A stretch of DNA of 64,000 nucleotides from Candidatus Omnitrophota bacterium. Its GTDB lineage: Bacteria > Omnitrophota > Gorgyraeia > Zapsychrales > Zapsychraceae. A program made the translations under genes and the position numbers. The DNA is taken from positions 192,061 through 256,060 of the forward strand of contig JAGQKV010000002.1 in NCBI GenBank assembly GCA_020429915.1, written 5' to 3'. The notes under the pieces were generated by a model. It did not search any database and was not told the origin of the DNA. It saw only the letters and a list, made by a program, of their open reading frames with translations. Below are positions 38,246-48,407 of this stretch, piece after piece. Positions within the stretch are counted from its first letter, which is position 1. Each line of letters starts with the position of its first letter.

Positions 38246-39868
38246 CTAGTTATGGCATTGTTTGGAACGAACGGCCGTGTTGGCTTCAAATTGCGTTTTT
38301 GTCGCAAGGGAATTTCCGTCCGCGGCAATAGTGACGGCATCCACGACCGGCCACTCCAGAATCAGCTTGTCCTTGCCTTTTTGCTTCCAGAACCCTTGAA
38401 AAACGCCGGCGTCGACGGTCCCGTCGGCCTTCAGTTCAAGCCTTATCCCGTCCGGCCGTTTCCAGATTCCGACCGGGCCGTCCCCGGTGGATTGTTCGCG
38501 TGTCATGGACAGCGGACGCTTAAGACTTGATTCTCCGGTGTATGTTTTGCCTCCCGGTTGGGCGTTCATGTAATCATAAATGCTGGGCCATTTGACGGTA
38601 AACTGATTCGGCGATGCGCCTTGTTCCCATTTGGCTTTAAATATTCCGATATCCACCCTTCCGTCGGCAAATACCTTGACGTGAACTCCGTTCGACCAAT
38701 CCCAGCAGCCCACAAACGCGGCCGATGTTTCCGTCACTTGCGGCGTTGCGGTTGTTTGAAACAAATCGCGCAACGCGCCGGGGCCGTCGTCTTCTTCCGC
38801 TTCCCCCAGAGACGCGATGGGTTCCGGCTCCGCGACAGGCTTCTTCGTTTTGACGGCCACGTCTTTGACCGTGAGCCACTTGGTTTGGTGGGCCCAGACC
38901 AGTTGGTCCTGAAAATGAATGAGCGAACCGTGATAGAATGCGCCAATCCGCATGCGTTTGGTCAGGTCCGGCCACTCGGATTTTTCCTTCCAGTGATCGC
39001 CTTGCCAAAAGTGAAAGCGGCCGTGGTCGAATATCCATCTGTTTTTGGCCTTGTCGAGTTCCTGGGTGTAGGCGAGCACGTAAATACCGCCGTCCGGTGC
39101 CCGGTCGATAAACCGGGCGTTGGGGACCTCCGGCATCAATTTCCAGGAAGAGCCTTGCCGTTGATAAATGGAACCCGAGCGCGGTTCCGGCGTGGGCGGC
39201 ATGGTTAACAGCCACAAATTGCCCCCGGAATCGAAAGCGAATGAGGTTGCGTCTCCCGGCAGGTTATTCAGGTCATGCCACGCGGCCCCGTCATAATACA
39301 CGGGATTCGGATGTTGTTTCAGCCAGTCTTTGTGGGCCTGGAAAATGGGCGCCTTTGTCATGGCAACCGCCTGTCCGCCGGGGCCGGTCACGACGTCGTG
39401 CCCGTAGGCTTCCTGCCGGTTCCAGTTTTTGGGGCCTCCCCGGTAAATGCGGCCAATTTTTGTGGTGACCCAAAAATCCCCGTCCGGGGCCACGGACAGA
39501 CGGTGCGCGATGCCCGACATGCGGTCGGGTTCCTTCATCCGGCCCATCTGTCCGTATATGTTTTTGCCGTTAGCCTTTTGGCCCTTAACCGTCAGAGAGT
39601 AAAAAAGATCTTTTTTTTTATCGTACATGAGTCCCTCGGCAAAAGGATCGATATCAATCCATCTGTCGCCGACCAGCTTGTTGACGTTCCCGTTGGTCAT
39701 ATAGAGGCTGCCGTCCGGTCCCATGGCGACGTCGGAGTGTTCGGCATGAAGCCGGTGCAATTTTTCGTAAGCCGTAACGGGGGCCGTGCGCCACATTAAT
39801 TCGGCATGCGAAGTGGCGGCGGACAATAAGGTGACAAGTATGCTGGTGAATATGATTCTTTGGGTCAT
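38246..39868 (-). CDS. secreted hypothetical protein (540 aa)
   Basis: Signal peptide MTQRIIFTSILVTLLSAATSHA; Trp/Gly-rich repeats suggest a beta-propeller or beta-sandwich fold. Confidence 0.55.
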   Translation of the reverse strand: MTQRIIFTSILVTLLSAATSHAELMWRTAPVTAYEKLHRLHAEHSDVAMGPDGSLYMTNGNVNKLVGDRWIDIDPFAEGLMYDKKKDLFYSLTVKGQKANGKNIYGQMGRMKEPDRMSGIAHRLSVAPDGDFWVTTKIGRIYRGGPKNWNRQEAYGHDVVTGPGGQAVAMTKAPIFQAHKDWLKQHPNPVYYDGAAWHDLNNLPGDATSFAFDSGGNLWLLTMPPTPEPRSGSIYQRQGSSWKLMPEVPNARFIDRAPDGGIYVLAYTQELDKAKNRWIFDHGRFHFWQGDHWKEKSEWPDLTKRMRIGAFYHGSLIHFQDQLVWAHQTKWLTVKDVAVKTKKPVAEPEPIASLGEAEEDDGPGALRDLFQTTATPQVTETSAAFVGCWDWSNGVHVKVFADGRVDIGIFKAKWEQGASPNQFTVKWPSIYDYMNAQPGGKTYTGESSLKRPLSMTREQSTGDGPVGIWKRPDGIRLELKADGTVDAGVFQGFWKQKGKDKLILEWPVVDAVTIAADGNSLATKTQFEANTAVRSKQCHN

Positions 39869-40054
39869 TGCTTTGAGCTTTCTGCGTGGGCGGTTAGCGT
39901 TTAATTGGCGGCCGGATTTATATGCGCTGAATGAATCTTAAATCAGCACGGCCGATTATAGCGTGATTGCCGTCGAAGCTCAAGGCGGGAATTAAGCGGT
40001 GGCGTGAACGGATTTTGCGGATGTCAGAAGGCGGCTGGATCAGCCTTACGGGGA

Positions 40055-40873
40055 TTACTGTTTTAACAACCCGTAGGACCGCAGGCACGTCCTTCCCAGC
40101 TCGATGCGTTTGGGCAGATCGGCCGCGTCGCCGAGGTCCATGTTTAAGGCGAACGTGTAGATCCTGCCGTTCGCGTTGATCCATCCCACCCACCAGCCTA
40201 CGGCGGGCTCCTCCTTGGTCCCCCAGCCGGTCTTGCCGTATAAAGTCCATCCCGGTTGCTGCTCGAGCTGAATGATGTCGCGGACCGCGGTCTGTATTTC
40301 TTCAGGAAACGGTAGATCCGCGCCGGCCAGCCGGGCGAGGAATTGTGTCTGCTCCACCGCGCTGATCTTAAGCGGTCCGTCCAGCCAGAAGCGGTCGACC
40401 ACGGTCCCGACGGTGTTGTTGCCGTAATCGATCTTGGAAACGGCGGACTGCATGAATTCCAATCCCGTACGCCGGGCAAGTTCCTGGTAGACCGGGACAT
40501 TAGAGATGGGAATCGCGTCGCGCAGGCTCATGTCCCTCTCCCACGCCGCGATCGGCTGCGGTTGTCCGCCGTAGGGCAGAATCTCATCGACATCGCGGAC
40601 CGATCCTGCGGCCAGGCCGATCAGAGTGTTGGGGATCTTAAAAGTCGACGCCGGGATAAATCGCGTCCCGGCACGCTCACGGTTGTGTCCGACGAAGACC
40701 TGCGCCTTCGTATCGTAAAGCACAAAGGTCCCTTCCGCCCCGCTCTTTTCAAACGCCCGCGCCATCGCCGGGCTGTCCTGCCACTCCAGGGCCTCCGCCG
40801 GGACGCCGGACCACAGGCCGACCACGAGCAATGCCAATATTTTCAGGAGAAAGCGGTGATGCGTACGCGACAT
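40055..40873 (-). CDS. class D (OXA-family) beta-lactamase
   Basis: STFK in PASTFKIPNTLIGL, YGN in KIDYGNN, KTG in YGKTGWG, and WxxGW in VGWWVGWI; signal peptide. Start taken at MSRTHHRF. Confidence 0.8.
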   Translation of the reverse strand: MSRTHHRFLLKILALLVVGLWSGVPAEALEWQDSPAMARAFEKSGAEGTFVLYDTKAQVFVGHNRERAGTRFIPASTFKIPNTLIGLAAGSVRDVDEILPYGGQPQPIAAWERDMSLRDAIPISNVPVYQELARRTGLEFMQSAVSKIDYGNNTVGTVVDRFWLDGPLKISAVEQTQFLARLAGADLPFPEEIQTAVRDIIQLEQQPGWTLYGKTGWGTKEEPAVGWWVGWINANGRIYTFALNMDLGDAADLPKRIELGRTCLRSYGLLKQ

Positions 40874-40874
40874 A

Positions 40875-41555
40875 TCAGTCTTCCTCCGGGACCTGGGCGT
40901 GCCAGGCATGGATAAACAGGGTTTGATAGAAGCGTACGGGAGTCTCGAATCCCCCGGCGGTGGTGAGCACGGCCACCTTATCTTTCCACATTTCCGCCGT
41001 ACGGGCCGCGTCGGCCGGTGCGCTGCCGGCCAAGATTTGGGAAGCCTCCCAGAATGCCATCAGACTTTGAAATCGTTGCGGATCGTCCGGTGCGGATAGA
41101 TCTGCGGTGATAAGTCTTCCTCCGGGACGCAGGCGCCGGGCAATGCCGCGAAAGAAGTCCGAGCGTTTTTCTTTATTGGTGATGAACTGCGAGACCAGGA
41201 TTGCTGTCGCCGCGTCGAACTCTCTCGTTTCGGGAAGGGAATCGACGTATCCTTCGTGAAACGTGCAACGCGGAGTCACGCCCGCCTGTTCGGCCTTCTC
41301 CCGGCAGACATCCAGCATCGGGCCCGACGGATCGGCGGCGGTAAAGGACCAACCCGGGAAGTGGCTGGCCAGGTCCAGCAGTTCGGCTCCTGTTCCCGCG
41401 CCCACGCACAAGATCTTCGCGTCAGCCGGAAGGTCCTCAAGGATGAGCCTGGTCAAAAAACCGAGCCCGGCGCGCATCGGCGCCAGCTTTTGCCAGCGCG
41501 TGTCATAGGAAGCCGCTTGCTCACGCCCGAAAAAACCCGAGGTGTTACCGGCCAT
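40875..41555 (-). CDS. class I SAM-dependent methyltransferase
   Basis: ILCVGAGTGAELLDL is motif I. Confidence 0.75.
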   Translation of the reverse strand: MAGNTSGFFGREQAASYDTRWQKLAPMRAGLGFLTRLILEDLPADAKILCVGAGTGAELLDLASHFPGWSFTAADPSGPMLDVCREKAEQAGVTPRCTFHEGYVDSLPETREFDAATAILVSQFITNKEKRSDFFRGIARRLRPGGRLITADLSAPDDPQRFQSLMAFWEASQILAGSAPADAARTAEMWKDKVAVLTTAGGFETPVRFYQTLFIHAWHAQVPEED

Positions 41556-42069
41556 CCGCAGCCGTCCCGTTCTTGGGGGTCACGTAAGGATGAATCGGCA
41601 GCATGTAATCGGCCTTGCCGATGGGCAGGCCCTTCATGCGCAGGATATCGTAGGCGGTGACCAGATGGAAATAAAAATTGGCGATCAGAAAGTCGTTGAG
41701 ATACGCGCGCCCCGGCATATCGAGAATCACGGTGTTGAGGTCCAGGTGGACCTGTTCGGCGAGTTTGCCCTCATCCAGCGGCGCCGAAGCGAGCAGTTCC
41801 AGGGTGTGGGAGATGCACGCCTTAGCCTGCGCGGCGGTGGCGATGTCCGGGCTCATGTTATCCGGCCCCTCCCCCAGCATCCACCGCGCGAAGTTGCGCG
41901 GCTGATTGCAGGTGAACACGACCTGGGTCGCGAACGGGAACATGTCCTCCACGATGCGCGCCGTCATAAAATCCGAGTCGTTTTCAAAGTGTTCCTCCGC
42001 CTTGTTCAGCAGGTGCTGAAGCATACTCAGACGGGAGGAGAACAGGGATGGGATGGTTTCCAGGGTCAT
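41545..42069 (-). CDS. DUF1993-family protein
   Basis: 174 aa; family-level resemblance only. Confidence 0.5.
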   Translation of the reverse strand: MTLETIPSLFSSRLSMLQHLLNKAEEHFENDSDFMTARIVEDMFPFATQVVFTCNQPRNFARWMLGEGPDNMSPDIATAAQAKACISHTLELLASAPLDEGKLAEQVHLDLNTVILDMPGRAYLNDFLIANFYFHLVTAYDILRMKGLPIGKADYMLPIHPYVTPKNGTAADGR

Positions 42070-42084
42070 AGGAAGACTCCATTT

Positions 42085-42355
42085 ATGCGATGGCTGAGAG
42101 TTATGGAAATTCGAATTTGTGAATGTACGAAGGGCCGAAACAAATCCGAATCTTGGAGTACCCGAGACACATTGGAATTATCGAATCCCCGAATCTCCCA
42201 AACGCGCCCTGCTCTGTTTGGGACATTGATAAATTCGGTGATTCGGTATTGTCTCGAGCATTCGGTAATCGATATTGTTTCGGACATTCGAACATTCGAA
42301 GATTCGACATTCCCTCGAACATTCGAGTATTCGAAAATTCGAAATTCTACCCCCG
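42085..42355. repeat. TTCGAA-module composite repeat, copy C (longest, mosaic)
   Basis: Contains ttcggtgatt, atattgtctcgagcattc (the reverse complement of the copy A module gaatgctcgagacaatat) and a run of cattcgaa units. Confidence 0.8.
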
Positions 42356-42952
42356 ACGGGTGTATGTGATCAGCATACTGCGAAACTCCTCCCCGCTCTC
42401 ATCCTCCATGAACATCTCAAACGTCCAGGTGTCCTCATCCACGAAGGTGGTTTTGGAACGGTTCCAGCGTTCGCTGTTGGTGAGCGGGCAGGAGAATGTT
42501 CCTTCTTCCTCGACGCTTCCGTCCTCCGCCAGTTCTCCGGAGGAGACCATCATGCCGGTGGCCATGCTGTCGAGCCAGATGCTTTGAAATTCTTTCTGGA
42601 TATTATCGTAACCGAACAGCCCCATACCCTGAAACGGCTGGCCCATCCACTCGCTGTTGAATTCCTGTTTGATGAACCGCCCGCCGAAGATCGCCTCTGA
42701 TTCGGCTGTGCCCATGCTTTCCTCAGCCGGGGCGCCCGGCGCCATCCAGTGCTGCACCTTCGCGTCCCACGACCCGGCCATCTTGGCCAGTTTTTCATGC
42801 ATGGCGTTGGGAGTCGAGTACGCCTCAAAGTTCTTCATCATCTCCATCTCCTCCGGCGTCATCTCTCCCATCTCCCCCATGTCACCGGCAAAGACCGGGG
42901 CGGATAGTGTGATGGCGAAAATGGTCAGGAAAAGTATGGATGATTCTTTCAT
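42347..42952 (-). CDS. secreted DUF1579-like protein
   Basis: 201 aa with a signal peptide. Confidence 0.5.
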   Translation of the reverse strand: MKESSILFLTIFAITLSAPVFAGDMGEMGEMTPEEMEMMKNFEAYSTPNAMHEKLAKMAGSWDAKVQHWMAPGAPAEESMGTAESEAIFGGRFIKQEFNSEWMGQPFQGMGLFGYDNIQKEFQSIWLDSMATGMMVSSGELAEDGSVEEEGTFSCPLTNSERWNRSKTTFVDEDTWTFEMFMEDESGEEFRSMLITYTRRG

Positions 42953-43015
42953 TTGATGCTCCTTATTAGAGTGTTTGGGTGTCTACTGTTCCGGGGTAAA
43001 TCATTTGGATGCTGT

Positions 43016-43252
43016 TTATTTCCGTGTAGCCTTTGCGAACTTGTTTCGTCTCATTACCAAAATGTAGTAAAGAAGTGTCCCTATAAACGGAGGGAAAGCT
43101 ATTAAGAAATTATAAAGCCATTTTGTGTCCCTCGAAGAAAATCGCCTATTTTTTTCTAAATCTATGGTGCAATAAATTCCGGCAACTCCCCAGCCAACCG
43201 GGACAATAAGAAGCCAATAATTTTCAATAAACTCACATACGGTGTCTATCAT
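43016..43252 (-). CDS. small membrane protein (PLDc_N-like)
   Basis: 78 aa with two TM segments. Confidence 0.4.
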   Translation of the reverse strand: MIDTVCEFIENYWLLIVPVGWGVAGIYCTIDLEKNRRFSSRDTKWLYNFLIAFPPFIGTLLYYILVMRRNKFAKATRK

Positions 43253-43366
43253 GCCGTGAAAAAGGTGTTGTTATTTAAGTGGTTGCCTTGTCTGGTTTTG
43301 GGGTGTTCTGATGCCATATATTAGTAATTGTTGTAGCCGTTAACACCGCTTACTTGCTGTCCAGTT

Positions 43367-44092
43367 TCAAGTGTTTTCCGGGGGGGTATCAGAATCTTGC
43401 AGTAACTTTCCGAATGGTTTGAACTCAATTCCTTCAGATCTCGTTTGTGCCCTCCAAACGATATTTGCGATTTCCTTTATGTTTTCAACCAACGGGCGAG
43501 TATCTTTGCCAAATTTACCCAAGGTAATGCCCGCGTCTCCTATAAGGCCCCAAAATCTATCAACATTCGACATTTTTTTATGTAATTCGGATTGCAATTT
43601 CTCTAATCTTCTAAGTAATCTGTTTTTATGATCTTCGGCAATGCTTTGACAGTCTGTTAGGAATTTGCGTAAAGTATTTATCTTATTTTGTATTTGTTCT
43701 ATTTCTCCTGCAGTAAAGGAGTATGCAAATTCTTCCCCCAGATGCGCACGAAAATTTTCGCGTATGGAATCTATGGAGTTGATTTCCTCCGACATAATAC
43801 GTTTTGCGTTTTCCAATTCAACTTGATTCTTATAATTAGAGAAATATGTGAGCAATAATTTTAAGTTTCGATCAACATCATCGGAGAATGAGATGTCCGG
43901 GACTTTTATTGCGTCAGGTAACTTAGTTTTAATTTCAAGTAATATGGAATAGAGTGGGATCAATTCTTTAAATTTATCCATAGAAGGATTTGGACTTCTA
44001 CGGCAAATACGTAAGCCGTCCGCACAAATATTTTTGGCTGCATCGATTGGAATAAGTGGCAAATCATCGATATATTTTTGTGAAATAGACAA
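43367..44092 (-). CDS. hypothetical protein in the AT-rich island
   Basis: 241 aa ORF; low GC relative to its surroundings. Confidence 0.5.
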   Translation of the reverse strand: MSISQKYIDDLPLIPIDAAKNICADGLRICRRSPNPSMDKFKELIPLYSILLEIKTKLPDAIKVPDISFSDDVDRNLKLLLTYFSNYKNQVELENAKRIMSEEINSIDSIRENFRAHLGEEFAYSFTAGEIEQIQNKINTLRKFLTDCQSIAEDHKNRLLRRLEKLQSELHKKMSNVDRFWGLIGDAGITLGKFGKDTRPLVENIKEIANIVWRAQTRSEGIEFKPFGKLLQDSDTPPENT

Positions 44093-44383
44093 AGTTACCT
44101 CCGGATAAAAAGTTAGTTAGTTCAATATATATCCATTCACAGTAAATATACTTATTAACCATTGATGATATTCTAAAAGATTATTAAAAATGGTGTCGTT
44201 TCTCATATTCCCATCATCGTTACAGATTTACAACTAAAGCATCCACTACCGTACGCAGCGACCTTGTTCACTTAGAATGCGACGATAATGTTGTATTATC
44301 TCCCACCCCCCGAAGACCGTCAACAGACTTGATTCCACCTCAAGCGTAGAAATGTGCAAAAAGGTCAGTTGAACGATACTGCC

Positions 44384-44605
44384 TTAATTCTTTTTAACGA
44401 CGGATTTAAGATACAGTTCCTCGACCTTCTGCCGCGCCCAGGGGGTGCGGCGCAGGAAGGTCAGGCTGGATTTGATGCTGGGATTCGACCGGAAGCAATT
44501 GATTTCAATCAACTCCCCCAGCTTTTTCCACCCGTAATGCATGGACAGAAAGGTGACCATCTTCTCCAGCGTAACGCCGTGCAGGGGGTCGTTGGAACGG
44601 TGCAT
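44384..44605 (-). CDS. VF530/DUF2132-family small protein
   Basis: NDPLHGVTLEKMVTFLSMHYGWKKLGELIEINCFRSNPSIKSSLTFLRRTPWARQKVEELYL. Confidence 0.7.
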   Translation of the reverse strand: MHRSNDPLHGVTLEKMVTFLSMHYGWKKLGELIEINCFRSNPSIKSSLTFLRRTPWARQKVEELYLKSVVKKN

Positions 44606-44625
44606 CGCGTGCCTATGGCCTCAAT

Positions 44626-45195
44626 TTAATTGCTATTGTTATTCGGCACTGCCTTCACCGGCTTGTATTTCCCCTTGCAGAATTCGACCGCCCAGGCCTG
44701 CTTTTGAATGTTCTCGGCTCGCACGTAACTGCAGTCGTTGCGGTCGAAGCCTTCCGGCCGGGTGGCGGGCAGGTCCTGGGGCGGGATGGCCATTTTCCAG
44801 TACGGGGTCACGAAAAACAGGATGATGCAGATGATCCCCACGCCCCACAGCCATTTGCGCATCCACCAGGTTGCCGCAATGGGGATGACGAAGGCCAAAA
44901 ACGCGATCCAGCTGGGGTAGGTGTACTGGCCGTAAAATTTAACGCCCAAGCCGCAAATGGTCATGGCCAGAAACGGGACCAGGGCCAAATACGGCGCGAC
45001 GGTGGCGCACCCGTGCCCCAGTTCATATCCGGAGTAATAGGCCCCGCGCGGACCGTACAGTTTGACGTCTTTGACCAGGTCTTTGAGGTCCTTGTCGGAC
45101 ACCGCCGGTTTGGCAATCGGCGCGCCGCAGTTCGGGCACGCCGCCGCCTTGTCCGATACGCTTTTACCGCATTCCCCGCATTTGATAAGTGCCAT
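44626..45195 (-). CDS. zinc-ribbon-domain membrane protein
   Basis: CGECGKSVSDKAAACPNCGA, then three TM segments. Confidence 0.6.
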   Translation of the reverse strand: MALIKCGECGKSVSDKAAACPNCGAPIAKPAVSDKDLKDLVKDVKLYGPRGAYYSGYELGHGCATVAPYLALVPFLAMTICGLGVKFYGQYTYPSWIAFLAFVIPIAATWWMRKWLWGVGIICIILFFVTPYWKMAIPPQDLPATRPEGFDRNDCSYVRAENIQKQAWAVEFCKGKYKPVKAVPNNNSN

Positions 45196-45284
45196 AAGGC
45201 TGTTCCTTTCCTGATTTGATGGGGCTTTGAAGCCACAGGCCCTGATTTCCCGGCGTCGGTATTCTACAAAATTATCATCGATTC

Positions 45285-45578
45285 TTAGTTATGATGTCGA
45301 AGTCCCTGGCCTGTACTTTTGTCTTTATCCTTGCCTTCCAGCTTTTCGAGCCTATCCTGAGCTCTTTTAAGGGTTTTTTCATGTCTGGGGATGAAGACAT
45401 TCTTTACCCAGTCTTTATGTGGAGGCAGAGCTTTGCCATCCCGAAATTTTTCCGTAAACAATGCACGAAATCCGTTCCAATCCGCGTGCATATTGTATTC
45501 CAGATATTCATGTCCTTTTTGAATCGACTCTTCGAGATACCTAATGCGTGCCAAAACGGATTTGATATTTTGATTCAT
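45285..45578 (-). CDS. small hypothetical protein (97 aa)
   Basis: Only the C-terminal MNQNIKSVLARIRYLEE... part of the 227-aa track ORF looks protein-like. The upstream part is an Arg-rich antisense artefact. Confidence 0.4.
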   Translation of the reverse strand: MNQNIKSVLARIRYLEESIQKGHEYLEYNMHADWNGFRALFTEKFRDGKALPPHKDWVKNVFIPRHEKTLKRAQDRLEKLEGKDKDKSTGQGLRHHN

Positions 45579-45597
45579 ACAGGTATATTCCACTCTA

Positions 45598-46632
45598 TTA
45601 ATCCCTTTGAAAATAATTATCACACGCCGTGCGGAACCGGTTCCAGAGTTCTTCGTCTTTGTCGCGCGGGACCGGGCCGGTTTCTTTCCATTGCTGCTGC
45701 AGCTCCTTGATCCGCTCGCGGGCACTCTGGAAGCTCTTAAGCGCGATAAGCTTCTCGACCTCCTCGCATATCTCCTCTTTTTTCCACAGGTTCTCGAGGC
45801 GTTCGCGGTCTTTCTGCTGAAAGTACTCCTGGCGGCGGGTGAAAAAGCCGTCGCACGCGCCGCGGAACCGGGTCCACAGTTCGTCGTCCTTCTCGCGCGG
45901 GACCGGGCCGACGTCCTTCCACTGCGCCTGCAGCTGCTTGATCCCCTCGGCGGCGGCCTTCCAGTCATCGGACAGCGCTAACTCCTCGGCCTGCGCGCAC
46001 AGGTCTTCCTTGAGCTTCAGATTTTCCTGACGGGCCTGGTCGAGTTCTTCGTAATGCTGTTTGCGGGCCTCATAGAAACGGTCGGCGGCGGCGCGGTAGC
46101 GGTTCCAGATCTCGATGTCGCGCACCTCGGACACGGGACCGGATTCCTTGAATTGTTCCTGCAGTTCCTTGACCTCCTCCGAGGCCACCTTCCAGTCGTC
46201 GGTCTGCGCCCAGGCCTCGATCTGTTCGCAGATCCGGATTTTCATGGCGAAGTTTTCGTCGAGTTCTTTTTCAACGCTGTCTCTGAGCGCGTGCAGTTTG
46301 GTGAGCAGTTCGTCGAAATCGCCGAGGGCGTCGGCGGCGGGGATGAATTCGAGCAGTTCGTAGATCTTGGTGAGAAAACGCGCCTTGTGCTCGGGCTGTT
46401 CGGCCTCGGCCGCGAGTTCGTCGTAATACTTCCACAGTTCCTGAAAGCGGGCCGCGAGTTTGGCGAAGGTCTCTTCCTCACGGCCGGCAAAGACCTGCCC
46501 GACGATCTTGCCTTTTTTAAGCGTGAAGTCTTTTTGCCATATCTGCCCCTGGTCCGTGACATACCCCCACGGCCGGGCCAATTCGTTGGCGGTGCGGTAG
46601 GATTCGGGAGATTGTTCTTGATCAGCAGACAT
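45598..46632 (-). CDS. DUF349-domain protein
   Basis: Repeated W..GPV....DEELW.RFR.ACD.FF units, four times. Confidence 0.75.
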   Translation of the reverse strand: MSADQEQSPESYRTANELARPWGYVTDQGQIWQKDFTLKKGKIVGQVFAGREEETFAKLAARFQELWKYYDELAAEAEQPEHKARFLTKIYELLEFIPAADALGDFDELLTKLHALRDSVEKELDENFAMKIRICEQIEAWAQTDDWKVASEEVKELQEQFKESGPVSEVRDIEIWNRYRAAADRFYEARKQHYEELDQARQENLKLKEDLCAQAEELALSDDWKAAAEGIKQLQAQWKDVGPVPREKDDELWTRFRGACDGFFTRRQEYFQQKDRERLENLWKKEEICEEVEKLIALKSFQSARERIKELQQQWKETGPVPRDKDEELWNRFRTACDNYFQRD

Positions 46633-46660
46633 ACTATTGTCGGTAAAATTTATTTCCTGA

Positions 46661-47173
46661 CTACAGATTTATTTGACTTTTATGATCTTTGATATAGTGG
46701 AATAGGCGGTCTGCAATCATCTCACCGGAGTCGAAATATTGGTCATCCAATTCCGATAAAATGTCGAGTAAACAGTCATCGCCCTCCTCATCGGCGTCGA
46801 TAGCCGCAGTTATCGCTTCGACAGTCAGTGGACCATTAATTTCCAATTTGCCAATGGCCATGTGGGTAATTCGGGCGGTCTTGGGACAGGCGATTTCTTC
46901 CAATGCCTTTACGATCATTACCGCATATTCGTTTGAGGAGTTACTGAAGAATTGATGATAACCGCCGTTGTTAACTTCCCGTTCCAACGCTTCTATCGCG
47001 AGAACAATCCGTTCTGTATCCGTCAAATTGGATAAGCCGACTTCACTGGCTTTTTGATCAAGGGCCTCCTCAAAGGCCATCACGATGGACTCGATCCGGT
47101 ATTCTTGCTCCAGACTTATGAGCTCATCGACGCTTTGTCCCTCGTAGCTTTCTAGAAAATCTTTGTTATCCAT
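46661..47173 (-). CDS. DUF4375-like protein
   Basis: NNGGYHQFFSNS motif. Confidence 0.5.
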   Translation of the reverse strand: MDNKDFLESYEGQSVDELISLEQEYRIESIVMAFEEALDQKASEVGLSNLTDTERIVLAIEALEREVNNGGYHQFFSNSSNEYAVMIVKALEEIACPKTARITHMAIGKLEINGPLTVEAITAAIDADEEGDDCLLDILSELDDQYFDSGEMIADRLFHYIKDHKSQINL

Positions 47174-47398
47174 GGCTTGTCCTTTGGCAACCGTTCCTGA
47201 TTATTGGAATTTTCCCATAGATATGTTCAAGTTCGTTGGCATGCTTCAAAGGTTTGGCAGGCTCGTTGGCGCTCTGAAATGCGTCTTCGGTCGGTGTTTG
47301 ATCGGAAGTCACGGTCCCCCCTTATATCGGTTCCAAGGGCCAATTATAACGGTTTTGCCGGGGAAGCTCAAGCGCGGGATGGCGCCCGCCAATGTGTC

Positions 47399-48142
47399 TT
47401 ACGGCAGCGCCCAACGCATGGCGCGGCGCAATTCGGCGGTGCCGTCTTTGTCGTACCAGCGACCGTGAGCCAGGATGAGGCGTTCCGGTTTCCAACTTAA
47501 AATCCGGGTGAGGCATGCGCGCACTTGCGAGTGGTTTCCGAAGAACAGAAGGCGCAGGTCAAGCGGTGTCTGCCCATCAGGATCACATACGCGCCCGAAG
47601 CGCAACAACCAGTGCAACGTCTTGGGCGTTTTGGCCGGCTCAAAGTTTTCGATCATGTCGGCCACGATCAGGGTTTGGCTCGGCCTATGGAAGAAAATAA
47701 CTTCCTGCATAAACCGGTTGCCACGCAATATTAGCTGATCGATTTCCGTCGCCCAAGCGGGGTCCGGGCCGTCGGCCAGATCACGGTCAAAGGAGATTGA
47801 AATATGTTGCGTTGCCGCCCTTTCCCGCACTCCTGGCGAAGCCCATGCCGTGGCTTGCGGATAGGCTTTTTTCCATGCCGGAATCGACGCGTAGTGGATT
47901 TTATTGGGCGAAACCAGGTGTTCCACCGGTCCGAGCATGTCAATCGCCGTTTTTAGATTTTCGTCCAGCGCCACCGGAGACCAGATAAACAACCCACCGC
48001 TTTGTAACTGAATAATGACCATGCGTGTGGGAAAGGGTATTTTAAGCCAGGCCAGCGCCATGCGGATGATCGGGCCGTCGACGATCCAGATCCGATCTGC
48101 CACGGGTTTCAACACATTGATCGGTTCATAGAGTTTGGGCAT
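47399..48142 (-). CDS. DUF4336-like (MBL-fold-related) protein
   Basis: 247 aa ORF. Confidence 0.5.
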   Translation of the reverse strand: MPKLYEPINVLKPVADRIWIVDGPIIRMALAWLKIPFPTRMVIIQLQSGGLFIWSPVALDENLKTAIDMLGPVEHLVSPNKIHYASIPAWKKAYPQATAWASPGVRERAATQHISISFDRDLADGPDPAWATEIDQLILRGNRFMQEVIFFHRPSQTLIVADMIENFEPAKTPKTLHWLLRFGRVCDPDGQTPLDLRLLFFGNHSQVRACLTRILSWKPERLILAHGRWYDKDGTAELRRAMRWALP

Positions 48143-48180
48143 AGATAAGTTCTATCCGCATACGGCACTTGTTGCCACAA

Positions 48181-48393
48181 TTACTGAAAACGATCGGCGA
48201 GCTTGGCGACGGTCTCTTCCTCCCGGCCGGCAAAGACCTGCCCGACGATCTTGCCTTTTTTAAGCGTGAAGTCTTTCTGCCGGATCTGCTCCTGGTCGGT
48301 GACATACCCCCACGGCCGGGCCAAATCCTGTGCCTTTTGATGGGATTCTGAAGCAGGATGATTATCTGAGCTCATGGGTTTCTTTCTGGTCAC
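48181..48393 (-). pseudogene. truncated duplicate of the DUF349 gene 5' end
   Basis: About 110 bp of nearly identical DNA shared with 46450-46600. The protein fragment ...ARPWGYVTDQEQIRQKDFTLKKGKIVGQVFAGREEET matches residues 18-57 of the full gene. Confidence 0.6.
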
Positions 48394-48407
48394 CGGTTCT
48401 GCATGAA

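Noticed and set aside
45285-45968. 227-aa Arg/Ser-rich ORF
   Set aside because: The N-terminal 130 aa overlap the DUF349 gene antisense and are low-complexity. Only the C-terminal 97 aa (45285-45578) were kept as a possible gene.
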